Below are positions 39,998-53,045 of a stretch of DNA of 64,000 nt, piece by piece (position 1 is the first letter of the stretch; every line of letters starts with the position of its first letter). Origin of the DNA: Stenotrophobium sp. (GTDB lineage: Bacteria > Pseudomonadota > Gammaproteobacteria > Nevskiales > Nevskiaceae); the NCBI GenBank assembly GCA_050739895.1, contig JBOICK010000018.1:18737-82736 (forward strand). Direction: 5' to 3'. The notes beneath the pieces are model-generated. The model was not told the DNA's origin. It saw only the letters and a program-made list of their open reading frames with translations, and ran no database searches. Both the position numbers and the translations under genes were made by a program.

Positions 39998-41785
39998 ATG
40001 AAGAATCTATTCCTGATTGTCACCACGATGTTGCTTGGCAGCTTTTGTGGTGCCGCTATGGCGGCCGTGACTGCAAGCCTGGATAGAAATCAGGTGGCAA
40101 ATGGCGATACCGTACAGCTCACCTTGGAGAAAGACAGCTCGGGCGGTGGCGAGCCTGACCTGGGGCCGCTGAAAAATGATTTTGATGTGTTGGGGACCAG
40201 CAGCAGTTCCAACATCCAGTTCATCAACGGCCATATGTCGGCGCAGCGCGAACTGCAGATCACGCTGTCGCCCAAGCGCAACGGGACCCTGCAGATTCCG
40301 CCACTGAGCTGGGATGGCCAGCAGTCCCAGGCGCTCACGCTTACGGTGGCGACGGGTGCCACGGCGGGCGGTCAGTCAGGCGCTGCGGTGTCCGGCCCCG
40401 CCGCGCATGTATTCCTGACCACCACGCTGGACCAGAAGCAGCCCTATGTGCAGGCCGGCGTGGTGCTGACGGTGCAACTCCATACCGATCAGCACTTGTA
40501 TCAGGCCAGTCTAGACATGGCCGGCAGCAACGACATGCTGGTGCAGCAGCTCGGCAAGGATCAGCGCACCAGCGAGATGCGCGATGGCCACCAGTATGAT
40601 GTGATCGAGCGCAAGTATCTGCTGGTGCCTCAGCGCAGTGGCATTCTGAGTCTGGATGGCCCGACGCTCAATGCACAGATCGCAGATGGCAGCCAGGATA
40701 TTTTTGGCGCCAATTCGCCCTTCGCCAATGCGTTTGGCGGCACACCATTCGCAGGCATGGTCAACAGCACCCGGCCGATACGCCTGCATGGCGATCCGAT
40801 CAATTTGCATGTGCTTCCGCGTCCCGCAGCTGCTAAGGGGCGCGACTGGCTACCCGCGCGGCAGGTCACATTGGAAGAGGCTTGGCGGCCGGACGACGCC
40901 AGTGTCCACGCGGGTGACCCGCTGACCCTGCATCTGCGTCTTAGCGCGGTAGGGCAAACCGGCGCGCAACTTCCAGACTTGAGTGCGGAGCTCTCTTTGC
41001 CTGACGGTCTGAAGGCCTATCCCGATCAGGCCAAGCTCGACACCAGCCTGCAGGCGGGCGAGGTCGTCGGCAGCCGTGAACAGGACATCGCGCTCATCGC
41101 TGACAGTCCAGGTCATTACCAGATTCCAGAACTGCGCTTGTCGTGGTGGGATACCACGCAGAATACGCAGCGCGAGGCGGTATTGCCGGCGCGCACATTG
41201 GACATACTCCCCGCTACCGGCGCAGCCAACCCGACTGCGCCACCGCCATTGCCTGAGGCTGCACCGAAAACCCGCGCGCCTTCAGCCGCAGCCGTGGTCA
41301 CACATCAAGTGTCATCTCCGTCGGGTCCGGCGAGTGCCGAGACTCGATCACCGTGGTTCTGGGTCAGTCTGGCCATGGGGTTGCTCTGGCTGGGCACACT
41401 GTACACATGGTGGTTGCTGCGGCGCAGGATTGCACCATTCACGGCGCCATCTGCCGCATCTGTCTCGGCTGATCCGCCAGCCACGGTTTATGCTGCTCGC
41501 AAAGTTTTTCAGGAAGCCTGTCGTGGCAACAATTCGCATGCTGCGCGCCGGGCTTTGCTGGAGTGGGCCCGTGCTGTGTGGCCCGAACAGCCTCCCGCCG
41601 GATTGAATGGATTGGCGCAGCGTCTGGATAATCCGGGCACCGCTGCGCTGTTGCAGAAACTCGACCGTGCCTGCTATGCCGGTGGCGACTGGCACGGCGC
41701 TGAGTTGGCAGTAGCGCTGACGTCGCTGGCCGGTAGGGTCAAGACCAGTCGTGCTTCGCCAAAGCTGGCAGAACTGTATCCGTAA
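39998..41785 (+). CDS. BatD-family protein
   Basis: Signal peptide, ASLDRN, Ig-like repeats, WLPA and WWDT motifs, TM segment, ends LYP. Confidence 0.88.
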   Translation: MKNLFLIVTTMLLGSFCGAAMAAVTASLDRNQVANGDTVQLTLEKDSSGGGEPDLGPLKNDFDVLGTSSSSNIQFINGHMSAQRELQITLSPKRNGTLQIPPLSWDGQQSQALTLTVATGATAGGQSGAAVSGPAAHVFLTTTLDQKQPYVQAGVVLTVQLHTDQHLYQASLDMAGSNDMLVQQLGKDQRTSEMRDGHQYDVIERKYLLVPQRSGILSLDGPTLNAQIADGSQDIFGANSPFANAFGGTPFAGMVNSTRPIRLHGDPINLHVLPRPAAAKGRDWLPARQVTLEEAWRPDDASVHAGDPLTLHLRLSAVGQTGAQLPDLSAELSLPDGLKAYPDQAKLDTSLQAGEVVGSREQDIALIADSPGHYQIPELRLSWWDTTQNTQREAVLPARTLDILPATGAANPTAPPPLPEAAPKTRAPSAAAVVTHQVSSPSGPASAETRSPWFWVSLAMGLLWLGTLYTWWLLRRRIAPFTAPSAASVSADPPATVYAARKVFQEACRGNNSHAARRALLEWARAVWPEQPPAGLNGLAQRLDNPGTAALLQKLDRACYAGGDWHGAELAVALTSLAGRVKTSRASPKLAELYP

Positions 41786-41832
41786 GTGGCGTGTCCACCG
41801 CGTTGCAGCGCGGATTACTTGCCGGATTCAAT

Positions 41833-44682
<2,850 letters not shown>

Positions 44683-44787
44683 GGATTTTCTTGAAATGAA
44701 GGCTCTGCGTCGCGCAAATGTGCATGAACGCTAAAAATGATCGCGAATTGTAGGCGGGCAGGGCGGCCTTAGCGAGCCGCGATCCGT

Positions 44788-45261
44788 CTATTGGCGTTGT
44801 TTCCAGCCGCCTTCCGCGTTCTGCTCGAAGGTATTGAGTTCGTAGCCGCGATCCTTGTAGAACTTGTAGCGCTCGCGCGACTTGGCGCGGCGCGCGGCAT
44901 CGCCCTCGACGATTTCCAGCACGCGGTCAAAACGGCTGAAGAAAGCGGGCGCATCCAGGCCAAGATTGATCAGTACTGCGTGATGGCTTTCCGGCGGCTC
45001 TATGCTGCCGAGCAGGACCATCGGCTGCGGATCTTCGATCTTCTGGCCGATATGCTGTTCATGTGCGATGAAACTACCCTGTCGGAAACTCCACAGCGCG
45101 CCGTTGAGTTCCTCGGCCTGAGCCGCGTCGGGCACGTTGACGTAAACCTTGCGACCGGCGCCGGTGGCCTTGTCGCAGAGCTTGCAGGCCGTCATGACCG
45201 CACTGTCAGCGGGCAGCGTGCTCTCCGGAAGTATGTAGAAATCGATGCGGGTCATTTGCAT
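44788..45261 (-). CDS. holC: DNA polymerase III chi subunit
   Basis: RIDFYIL, LWSF-x-x-x-SFIAH and RERYKFYKDRGY motifs; between pepA and valS. Confidence 0.92.
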   Translation of the reverse strand: MQMTRIDFYILPESTLPADSAVMTACKLCDKATGAGRKVYVNVPDAAQAEELNGALWSFRQGSFIAHEQHIGQKIEDPQPMVLLGSIEPPESHHAVLINLGLDAPAFFSRFDRVLEIVEGDAARRAKSRERYKFYKDRGYELNTFEQNAEGGWKQRQ

Positions 45262-45294
45262 GAATTGCAGGCCGCGTCTGTCACGGCCCGCAAA

Positions 45295-46809
45295 TCAGTC
45301 GCTGCTATTCTTGGCAGCGTAATTGATCAGGTATTGCGTCAGCAGGGGCACCGGCCGGCCAGTGGCGAGCTTGCCTTTCCACGCAGTGCCGGCGATATCC
45401 AGATGTGCCCATTTCATCTTCCTGGTGAAGCGGTGCAGGAAAGTTGCGCCGATGATTGCTCCGGCCTCGCGGCCGCCGATGGTTGCGATATTGGCGATAT
45501 CAGCGCAGTCGCTCTTGAGCTGGTCGTCGTACTCCGGCCACAGCGGCAGCTCCCAGGCGCGGTCTCCGACCTGTTCGCCGGCGCTGAGCAGCGAACGGGC
45601 GAGGCTGGACTGGTTGGAAAACAGGCCGCTGGCGTGGCTGCCCAGCGCGACCACGCAGGCGCCGGTCAGTGTCGCCATGTCGATGCACTGCGCCGGTTCG
45701 TAGAATTTCTCGGCGTAGCTCAGCGCATCAGCCAGGATCAGACGGCCTTCGGCATCCGTATTCAGCACTTCTATGGTGATGCCGGCCATGCTGGTGACGA
45801 TGTCGCCGGGTTTGCTGGCCTCGCCGTTGATGAGGTTTTCGGAGGACGGCACGATTCCGATGACGTTGATCGGTAACTTGAGTTCGGCGATCGCCGCCAG
45901 TGTGCCGAACACGCTGCCGCCGCCGCACATGTCGAACTTCATTTCATCCATCTGCGCGGCCGGTTTGATCGAGATGCCACCGGCGTCGAAGGTCAGGCCT
46001 TTGCCGACCAGTGCCACCGGCTTTTCGCCCTTGGGGCCGTGCAGGTATTCCATGATGATCAGCTTGGCCGGCTGGCTGCTGCCCTTCGATACCGACAGCA
46101 GCGAGCCCATGCCGAGCTTTTGCATGTCGGCCTCCTCCAGCACCTTGGTCTTGATCGGGTACTGTTGCGCCAGCTTGTGCGCCTGTTCGGCCAGATAAGA
46201 CGGTGTGCAGAGATTGCCCGGCAGGTTGCCCAGATTGCGCGTCAGGGTCATGCCCTTGCTGATCGCCAATCCTTCGGCGAGGCCGTGTTCACCCGCGGGC
46301 AGGTCGGAGCGGCGTGGTACATCAAAGGTGTAGCGTTCCAGCTTGTAGCTGGGCAATTCAGCCTTGGCGCTGGCGCCACGGCAGTCGTCGAATCGATAGC
46401 ACTGATCTTCGGTGGTGATCGCCGCCTGCTGCACGTTCCAGTGAAAATCACGACCCTTGAGCGACAGATGCGACAGATAAGACACAGCGTCTATGGCACC
46501 GGTCTGGCGCAGTGCACGAGTGGCGGCGGCGTGCGCCTTGCGATAGGCGCGCTCGTCAAAATTACGCTCCTTGCCCAGACCAACCAGCAGTACGCGATCC
46601 GCGAACGTGCCATCGACATTGTGCAAGAACAGCGTGCTGCCGAGCTTGCCATCCATGTCGCCGCGGCGTGTGACGCCGCCAATGGCGCCGTCGCTGGCTT
46701 CGTCGATCAGCGCGGCGGCTGGCGTCAGCGAACGGCGATCGAATACGCCGACGACGATGCAGGCCACGCGCTGCTTTTCAGGACTGCTGCTTTTAACGAA
46801 ATATTCCAT
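45295..46809 (-). CDS. pepA: Leucyl aminopeptidase
   Basis: GKGLTFDAGG, MKFDMCG, NTDAEGRL and HLDIAGT motifs. Confidence 0.96.
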   Translation of the reverse strand: MEYFVKSSSPEKQRVACIVVGVFDRRSLTPAAALIDEASDGAIGGVTRRGDMDGKLGSTLFLHNVDGTFADRVLLVGLGKERNFDERAYRKAHAAATRALRQTGAIDAVSYLSHLSLKGRDFHWNVQQAAITTEDQCYRFDDCRGASAKAELPSYKLERYTFDVPRRSDLPAGEHGLAEGLAISKGMTLTRNLGNLPGNLCTPSYLAEQAHKLAQQYPIKTKVLEEADMQKLGMGSLLSVSKGSSQPAKLIIMEYLHGPKGEKPVALVGKGLTFDAGGISIKPAAQMDEMKFDMCGGGSVFGTLAAIAELKLPINVIGIVPSSENLINGEASKPGDIVTSMAGITIEVLNTDAEGRLILADALSYAEKFYEPAQCIDMATLTGACVVALGSHASGLFSNQSSLARSLLSAGEQVGDRAWELPLWPEYDDQLKSDCADIANIATIGGREAGAIIGATFLHRFTRKMKWAHLDIAGTAWKGKLATGRPVPLLTQYLINYAAKNSSD

Positions 46810-47096
46810 CTCGGGACCTGTCTTCGGTATGTGTCAGGAATTGTGGTGACTTGGAACAAAAGTGCCGAAAGTGGATGCCAAGTGCATCACCGACACAAGG
46901 TGAAAATTGATTATACAGGGCAGGGTGACTGGGATTACATTGTAATCACGATTCGAAAAATTACAAAGAGCAGTCAGTCGCGAGCCGGTTCAACGGCAAT
47001 TTGCTTGAAAGTCCCTGAGGATTTTCCATGCAACCACGGGATTTCGGCGATTTGTGGTCTTAAAGCGATCCGCTATGAGCGGTTGAGCCGGAAGAC

Positions 47097-47144
47097 TGTT
47101 TAAATAGATTAATTATTGTTATATATAGATAATATATAATAACA
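47097..47144. repeat. 48-bp TGTT-N40(AT)-AACA element, copy D
   Basis: TGTTTAAATAGATTAATTATTGTTATATATAGATAATATATAATAACA. Confidence 0.85.
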
Positions 47145-47164
47145 AATCTGGCGCCAAATCACGC

Positions 47165-49270
47165 CTAGCGGGCGGACAGATCCCTTGCTCCAGGCTCGGT
47201 GTGAGGCATCACCGCCGAAGGCTCCTGCAGTTGATAGCCCTGGATGTAGTTCACACCCATCTGCCACAGGCGCGCCATGACGTTGGCGTCTTCCACATGG
47301 CAGACGATGGTTTTGACCTTGTGCTGCTGCGCGATTTCCATCAGCGAGCTCATTTTCTTGAACATATCCTTGTCGTTGAACTGCTGGGTAAACGACGGAT
47401 TGAATTTGAGGTAACTGGAGGGGATGTGATCCAACAGTTGCCCCGAGTTGGCGCCGGTGCCGAATTGGTCGATGCTGATGGCGGCGCCGAGTTCGCGCAG
47501 TCCGGTGGTCAGGGTCTTGGCCTTGCGGATATGGTTTTGCAGGCGCAACTCCTGAAATTCGAACACCAGTTCGCCGGGTTTCAGCGGACGCGCTTTGAGC
47601 GCATCCGACAGCCATGCCAGGAAGCCTTCGGCGTCCTTGAGTGTGCCTTCGGACAGCTTGATGAACAGTGAAGACGGCTCGTCGCTGGATGTGGTTTTTG
47701 CCAGCAGCGCCAGCACGCTGGCGGTGACCCAGCGGTCGAGCGCTGGCATCAGTCCGAATTTTTCGGCAGCCGGGCGGAATTCGGCAGCCTGCATTTCATG
47801 GCCATTCTCTTCCACCAGCCGCAACAGCACATCATGGTGCTGACGGGTTTCGCCTTCGAGGCTGGCGATCGATTGCAGTGCCAGCCGCAGCCGGTTCGCA
47901 TCGTGAGCTTTCTTGACCACCGCAGCGCGGCGCGCTTCCTCGCGTTCGACCGCCGAAGACTTGGCGGTGGGGCCGAGTACTTGAGTGCGGCGCCCGCCCT
48001 GCGCAGACAGCATACGTGCGGTACGCACCAGTTCCGACAGCAGGGCTTCGGACTGCTCGTCGCCGGCCAGCGGATACAGCGAGATGCTGATTGATATCTG
48101 CGCTTCGTGCCCGCGTGTGGCGAAGATCTGCTTGGCGCATTCGCGGCACAGCAATTCACCCAGCGGTTCAAAATCTCCGGCGTTCGGGCGGCTGATGATG
48201 GCAGCCAGCTCGTTGGTGGAGAAGCGGAACAAGTGATCCTTCGACGACAGGCGTGCACGGATCCATTCCATCATGCGGGCGATGGCCTCTTCGGCATCGT
48301 GGAAACCCAGGCGCTGTTCGACGCTGGAATAGTCGTCGACCGAAATGCACATCGCAGCGTGAATCAGATTATGCGGCGGCTGCGCGTTTTTCAGTGTTGC
48401 CGTCAGCGCATCGAGGAACAGCATGCGGCCGGAGGTGGAACTGCCGCCGCCAGTGTGGGCGACCGTGGCACGCACCAGCATACCGATCTGGATTTCGCCA
48501 TTGACGCTGCTGCGGCTGAACTCGACGCTGGCGTTGCTGGGCATGCCGTCGCGTTGCACGAAGCCGCATTCCAGCGGCTTGTCGTCGGTTTTGCCCTTGT
48601 GCAACAGTTTCAGGTATTCCTTGACCCGTCCCTGGAAATCCGGGCTGATGATGTCCATCAACGGCATGCCGACAAGATCGTCAGGATTGTCGTAACCGAG
48701 CAGGTTGGCGAACGCCGGGTTGACATCGCAGAGGATGCCTTCCTGCGCGTGTGCCAGCGCATCGGTGCTGCCGGTCAGCAGTTGCTTCTGACGGGCTTCG
48801 TAGTCGTTGAGCCGGATGTGCGCAGTCTCGAGCGAACGCACGTTGTGCTGGCTGGCCAGTTCGCGCAGACACACCATCTGCAAGTGCCGCAGGTGGCGTG
48901 CATCCTCGCAGGAGACCTGGTCGCGCGCGCCGGCGGCCAGCGCATCGAGCGTACCTTCCGCGGTGTAGCGCCGCGCCAGCGACAGGATCGGTAGTTGCGG
49001 ACTCAGTCGCATGCCCATGCCCACCACTTCCTTGAGTGGTGCGGCTGTCATGCCATCACTGCACATCAGCAATTGCGGTGTGCTGTGGTTCAGGACTTCT
49101 TCCAGCGCATCAAGGCTGGATACCCAGTGCGCGCGTACCGGATAACCGGTGTTGCGCAGGTGGCTTTCGATGCGCTTGCCGATATTCTCGGATTCGCTGA
49201 CCACCACCAGCACGCTATTGGCGGCACTCGCCGCCGTCAGCCCCGCATCCTTGCCGGGCAGCCCGTTCAC
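47165..49270 (-). CDS. FimX-like REC-PAS-GGDEF-EAL protein with degenerate catalytic motifs
   Basis: REC-like N-terminus, PAS (VNPAFANLLGY), GGDEF site reads FSTNEL, EAL site reads DVLLRL, ends WQMGVNYIQGY. Confidence 0.8.
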   Translation of the reverse strand: MNGLPGKDAGLTAASAANSVLVVVSESENIGKRIESHLRNTGYPVRAHWVSSLDALEEVLNHSTPQLLMCSDGMTAAPLKEVVGMGMRLSPQLPILSLARRYTAEGTLDALAAGARDQVSCEDARHLRHLQMVCLRELASQHNVRSLETAHIRLNDYEARQKQLLTGSTDALAHAQEGILCDVNPAFANLLGYDNPDDLVGMPLMDIISPDFQGRVKEYLKLLHKGKTDDKPLECGFVQRDGMPSNASVEFSRSSVNGEIQIGMLVRATVAHTGGGSSTSGRMLFLDALTATLKNAQPPHNLIHAAMCISVDDYSSVEQRLGFHDAEEAIARMMEWIRARLSSKDHLFRFSTNELAAIISRPNAGDFEPLGELLCRECAKQIFATRGHEAQISISISLYPLAGDEQSEALLSELVRTARMLSAQGGRRTQVLGPTAKSSAVEREEARRAAVVKKAHDANRLRLALQSIASLEGETRQHHDVLLRLVEENGHEMQAAEFRPAAEKFGLMPALDRWVTASVLALLAKTTSSDEPSSLFIKLSEGTLKDAEGFLAWLSDALKARPLKPGELVFEFQELRLQNHIRKAKTLTTGLRELGAAISIDQFGTGANSGQLLDHIPSSYLKFNPSFTQQFNDKDMFKKMSSLMEIAQQHKVKTIVCHVEDANVMARLWQMGVNYIQGYQLQEPSAVMPHTEPGARDLSAR

Positions 49271-50283
49271 CAGGGCACCTGCGTTTTGGCGGCCGCGCCC
49301 GGCACTTCGCGCACCAGGCGTGGAACCAGGTATCCGGGCAATTGCGAACTGAGTTCACGCATTAACATGCTGGCTGTCTCCTCCCGCACTTCAAAATGTG
49401 CCGCGCCCTGGACGCGATCCAACAGGTGCAGATAGTAGGGCAATATGCCGCATTCAAACAGTCTTTGCGACAAATTGATCAGCGCCGCCGGATTATCGTT
49501 GACCGCGCGCAGTAAAACCGCCTGGTTGAGCAGGGGGATTCCCACTGCACGCAGGCGGCCCAGCGCTGTACCAACGGTGCTATCCAGTTCGTTGGCGTGA
49601 TTGACATGCAGGACGATGATTTTGTGCAGGCGGCCACGGCTCAGCCAATCCAGCAGGCGGTCATCCACGCGTTCCGGCAAGACTACCGGTTGGCGTGTAT
49701 GGATGCGCAGGCGCCGCAGGTGCGGAATTTCATCCAGCGCTTGAGCGAACTCTGCGAGTTTTTCGTCGGACAGCGACAGCGGGTCGCCGCCGGATAGGAT
49801 CGCTTCTTCGATGGAAGAATCGGCGGACAGCGCTGCCAACGCTTCGCGCCAATGATCGCGCGCGGCGAGGGCGTCGGTATAGGGGAAATGCCTGCGAAAA
49901 CAATAACGGCAATGTACTGCGCAGGCGCCGGTGGCGACCACCAGCGCGCGGCCCTGGTATTTGTGAATCAGGCCACCGTTCTTCAGACGTTGCAGGTCGC
50001 CGACAGCATCCCGAGAAAATCCCGCAGTTTCAATACTTTCCTCCGGGCCCGGCCAGATTTGCAGGAACAGCGGATCGCGCGGATTGCCTTTTTCCATGCG
50101 CTCGGCAAAGCCTCGCGGCACGCGCATTGGAAAATCCCGCACCCGTGCCAGATCCAGACCGGGCAGGTCGGATGGCAGTTGCAGGAATTCCAGCAGTTCG
50201 GCGGGGCGGCTAAAGGCGGCATGCAGGGCATGCTGCCACTGCGGCGCAGCCTGCTGACGAGTGGTAACGGGTTTAGGTATCAT
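49267..50283 (-). CDS. epmB: EF-P beta-lysylation protein EpmB (lysine 2,3-aminomutase)
   Basis: [21 protein letters not shown] and PYYLHLLD motifs; divergent from efp. Confidence 0.93.
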   Translation of the reverse strand: MIPKPVTTRQQAAPQWQHALHAAFSRPAELLEFLQLPSDLPGLDLARVRDFPMRVPRGFAERMEKGNPRDPLFLQIWPGPEESIETAGFSRDAVGDLQRLKNGGLIHKYQGRALVVATGACAVHCRYCFRRHFPYTDALAARDHWREALAALSADSSIEEAILSGGDPLSLSDEKLAEFAQALDEIPHLRRLRIHTRQPVVLPERVDDRLLDWLSRGRLHKIIVLHVNHANELDSTVGTALGRLRAVGIPLLNQAVLLRAVNDNPAALINLSQRLFECGILPYYLHLLDRVQGAAHFEVREETASMLMRELSSQLPGYLVPRLVREVPGAAAKTQVPW

Positions 50284-50347
50284 GCGCGCCGCATTGTGCC
50301 ATCGGGATTCCCCGGGCAACAGGGACTTTTCATCTAAAGGCGAAACT

Positions 50348-50917
50348 ATGGCTTCTGTCAGCACCAACGAAATGAAGGCCGGCACCAAGCTGCTGATCGA
50401 CGGCGAACCGTACGCCGTCATAGACAACGAATACCGCAAGCCCGGCAAGGGCCAGGCCACCAACTGCATCCGCATCCGCAACCTCAAGAATGGCCGCGTG
50501 ATCGACCGCACGCTCAAGTCGGGCGATACCCTGGAAGTGGCGGACATCGAAGAAGTCGAGATGCAGTATCCCTACAACGACGGCGAGTTCTGGCATTTCA
50601 TGAACCCCGCAAGCTTCGAACAGATCCAGACCAGCAAGACTGCCGCCGAAGAGGCTGCGCAGTGGCTCAAGGGCGAAGAAACCTGCCGCGTGCTGCTGTT
50701 CAACGGCATCGCGATCAGCGTCACCGCGCCGAATACCGTTACTTTGCAGATCACCGAGACCGACCCCGGATTGCGTGGCGACACCTCGGGCGGCGGCGGC
50801 AAGCCGGCGACGCTGGAGACCGGCGCGGTGGTACGCGTGCCGTTGTTCGTGCAGCAGGGCGAAATGATCAAGTGCGATACCCGCACCGGCGAGTACCTGT
50901 CGCGCGTCGGCAAGTGA
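50348..50917 (+). CDS. efp: Elongation factor P
   Basis: [22 protein letters not shown] and DTRTGEY motifs. Confidence 0.96.
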   Translation: MASVSTNEMKAGTKLLIDGEPYAVIDNEYRKPGKGQATNCIRIRNLKNGRVIDRTLKSGDTLEVADIEEVEMQYPYNDGEFWHFMNPASFEQIQTSKTAAEEAAQWLKGEETCRVLLFNGIAISVTAPNTVTLQITETDPGLRGDTSGGGGKPATLETGAVVRVPLFVQQGEMIKCDTRTGEYLSRVGK

Positions 50918-50918
50918 T

Positions 50919-51857
50919 GTGACGCGGCAGACGCAAGCCTGGCTGCCGTCGGCCTCACTCGAAACCCTGAAAGCGCGGGCGGAACTTTACAGTTCCGTCC
51001 GCGCTTTTTTTTCGGTGCGCGGCGTGATGGAAGTGGATACGCCTGTTCTCTCGACGCACGCCACGGTTGATCGGCATATCGAGAGTTTTGAAGCTGCTGG
51101 TTACTGGCTGCAGACCTCGCCAGAATTCGCGATGAAGCGTTTGCTGGCCGCCGGCAGCGGACCGATCTGGCAAATCAGCCATGTGTTCCGTCGCGAGGAA
51201 TCAGGTCGGCATCACAATCCCGAATTCACCCTGCTGGAATGGTATCGGCCCGGTTTCGACCACCACCGGCTGATGGACGAAGTCGAGGCATTGCTGCGCA
51301 GCGTGGGTGTCGCCGCTGGGTCGTTCGAGCGGCTGTCCTACCGCGAGGCTTTCCAGCGATATGCCGGAATCGATCCGTTCAGCGCGAGTCTCGAACAACT
51401 GTGCGCGCAAGTCTGCGTGGAAAATGTGTCCGCACAACAAGCGCAGGATCGCGATTTCTGGCTGGACATTCTCATGTCCGATCGCGTCGGTCCTCGACTC
51501 GGGCAGGAAGCGCCGGTGTTTCTTTATGATTTTCCGGCATCGCAGGCGGCGCTGGCGCGCATCAATGGTGCAGTTGCGGAACGCTTCGAGCTGTTCTGGA
51601 AAGGCTTGGAACTGGCCAACGGTTTTCACGAGTTGACCGATGCCGCCGAGCAGCAGGCGCGCTTCGAGGCCGATCAGGCATGGCGCCGCGAGCGCGGACT
51701 CCGTGTGCCGCCGTATGACCGGCATTTGATTGCCGCATTGCAATCCGGCTTGCCGCCATGCGCGGGCGTGGCGCTGGGGCTGGACCGGTTGCTGATGTTG
51801 CTGCTGCAATTACCGGATGTCGCCAGCACGCTGGTGTTTGATGTCACACGGACCTGA
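50919..51857 (+). CDS. epmA: EF-P lysine--beta-lysine ligase EpmA
   Basis: LQTSPEFAMKRLLA, HNPEFTLLEWYR, ELANGF and GVALGLDRL motifs. Confidence 0.93.
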   Translation: MTRQTQAWLPSASLETLKARAELYSSVRAFFSVRGVMEVDTPVLSTHATVDRHIESFEAAGYWLQTSPEFAMKRLLAAGSGPIWQISHVFRREESGRHHNPEFTLLEWYRPGFDHHRLMDEVEALLRSVGVAAGSFERLSYREAFQRYAGIDPFSASLEQLCAQVCVENVSAQQAQDRDFWLDILMSDRVGPRLGQEAPVFLYDFPASQAALARINGAVAERFELFWKGLELANGFHELTDAAEQQARFEADQAWRRERGLRVPPYDRHLIAALQSGLPPCAGVALGLDRLLMLLLQLPDVASTLVFDVTRT

Positions 51858-51948
51858 TGTAGGGCGGGTTAGCGTCGTCAGGCGCGTTACCCGCCGCGAT
51901 GCCGCGTGAACGGCGGGTAACGCCGGTGCACGGTTAACCCGCCCTACA
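51858..51948. repeat. GTAG-type REP doublet (inverted pair)
   Basis: TGTAGGGCGGGTTA...TAACCCGCCCTACA 14-bp outer inverted repeat with inner GCGTTACCCGCCG/CGGCGGGTAACGC stem. Confidence 0.75.
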
Positions 51949-52702
51949 ACGCGTCCCAGGCCAGCCGTGCAATCAGCGCAGCAACGATGACGATGAACAG
52001 GACGCGCACGAAGCCGCTGCCCTTGCGGATCGCCAGTCGCGAACCGAGCACCGAACCGGCGACATTGCACGCCGCCATCGGCAGCGCGGTGCCGTAGAGG
52101 ATGCTGCCGCTGGCGGCGAAGTAGGTGAGCGCGGCGAAGTTGGTGGTGACATTGACCATCTTGGCCGCGGCAGACGCGGACAGGAAACTGAAGCCGCACA
52201 GGCCGGCAAACGCGAAAATCAGGAAACTGCCGGTGCCGGGGCCAAAGAATCCGTCGTAAAAACCGAGCAGCGCGCCCAACGCCAGGCCGATCATCGACTG
52301 CCTTGTGCGACCAGCACGCGGTGCATGCAGACTGCCGAGATCCTTCTTCCACAGCGTATAGACGAGTACCGCAATCAGCATCAGCAGGATCAGCGGGCGC
52401 AGCAGATCGGCATGCAGATGACTGACAGTGCGCGCGCCGAGAAACGCGAATGCCAGCGCGGTAGCGCAGGCAGGCAGTACGCTGCGCCACTCCATCGGCA
52501 CATGCCGCGCGTATTGCACGGCGGCGGCAGCGGTGCCCCAGATGCTGGAGAATTTGTTGGTGCCGAGCAGCACCGCGGGTGCGGTCTGCGGCATCAGGAT
52601 GAACAGCGCCGGCACTTGCACCAGTCCGCCGCCGCCGACCATCGCATCGAGGAATCCGGCGAGGAAGGCAAACCCGCAGAGCGCGGCGAGCGTGAGCGTC
52701 AT
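51944..52702 (-). CDS. TSUP/TauE-SafE family membrane transporter
   Basis: GGGGLVQVP, LGTNK and GFYDGFFGPGTGSF motifs. Confidence 0.9.
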   Translation of the reverse strand: MTLTLAALCGFAFLAGFLDAMVGGGGLVQVPALFILMPQTAPAVLLGTNKFSSIWGTAAAAVQYARHVPMEWRSVLPACATALAFAFLGARTVSHLHADLLRPLILLMLIAVLVYTLWKKDLGSLHAPRAGRTRQSMIGLALGALLGFYDGFFGPGTGSFLIFAFAGLCGFSFLSASAAAKMVNVTTNFAALTYFAASGSILYGTALPMAACNVAGSVLGSRLAIRKGSGFVRVLFIVIVAALIARLAWDAL

Positions 52703-52721
52703 GCAGTGATTTTGCGCGTTC

Positions 52722-53045
52722 TTACTGCAGCAAGGCTCCGAGCGCCGGCGGCAGCGCGTAACGCTTGCCGGCAAACAGGGCGTTGAGCAGTCGCGTCAGC
52801 CACGGACGTGAACTGTTGAACGCGCGCGGAACGATGAACACGCCCCTGCGGCTCTGCTCGAGGTCGAAGCCTTCGAGAGTCGCGGTGACGACCTCCTTTT
52901 CGCCGTCGAGCAGCGCGTTGAGCGTCACATGCTTCTTGCGCGTATTGACGCGGCACAGCGTAACCTCGCCGTAGTCGCCGAGTCGCTCGTTGATAAATGC
53001 CCTGAGTGCGAGGCCGAGCGCAGCGTCCTTGACATCCTTGAGCAT
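52722..53045 (-). CDS. Hypothetical protein
   Basis: TGATG overlap with phoH; L-x-GE and SRPWLTRLL motifs. Confidence 0.7.
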   Translation of the reverse strand: MLKDVKDAALGLALRAFINERLGDYGEVTLCRVNTRKKHVTLNALLDGEKEVVTATLEGFDLEQSRRGVFIVPRAFNSSRPWLTRLLNALFAGKRYALPPALGALLQ

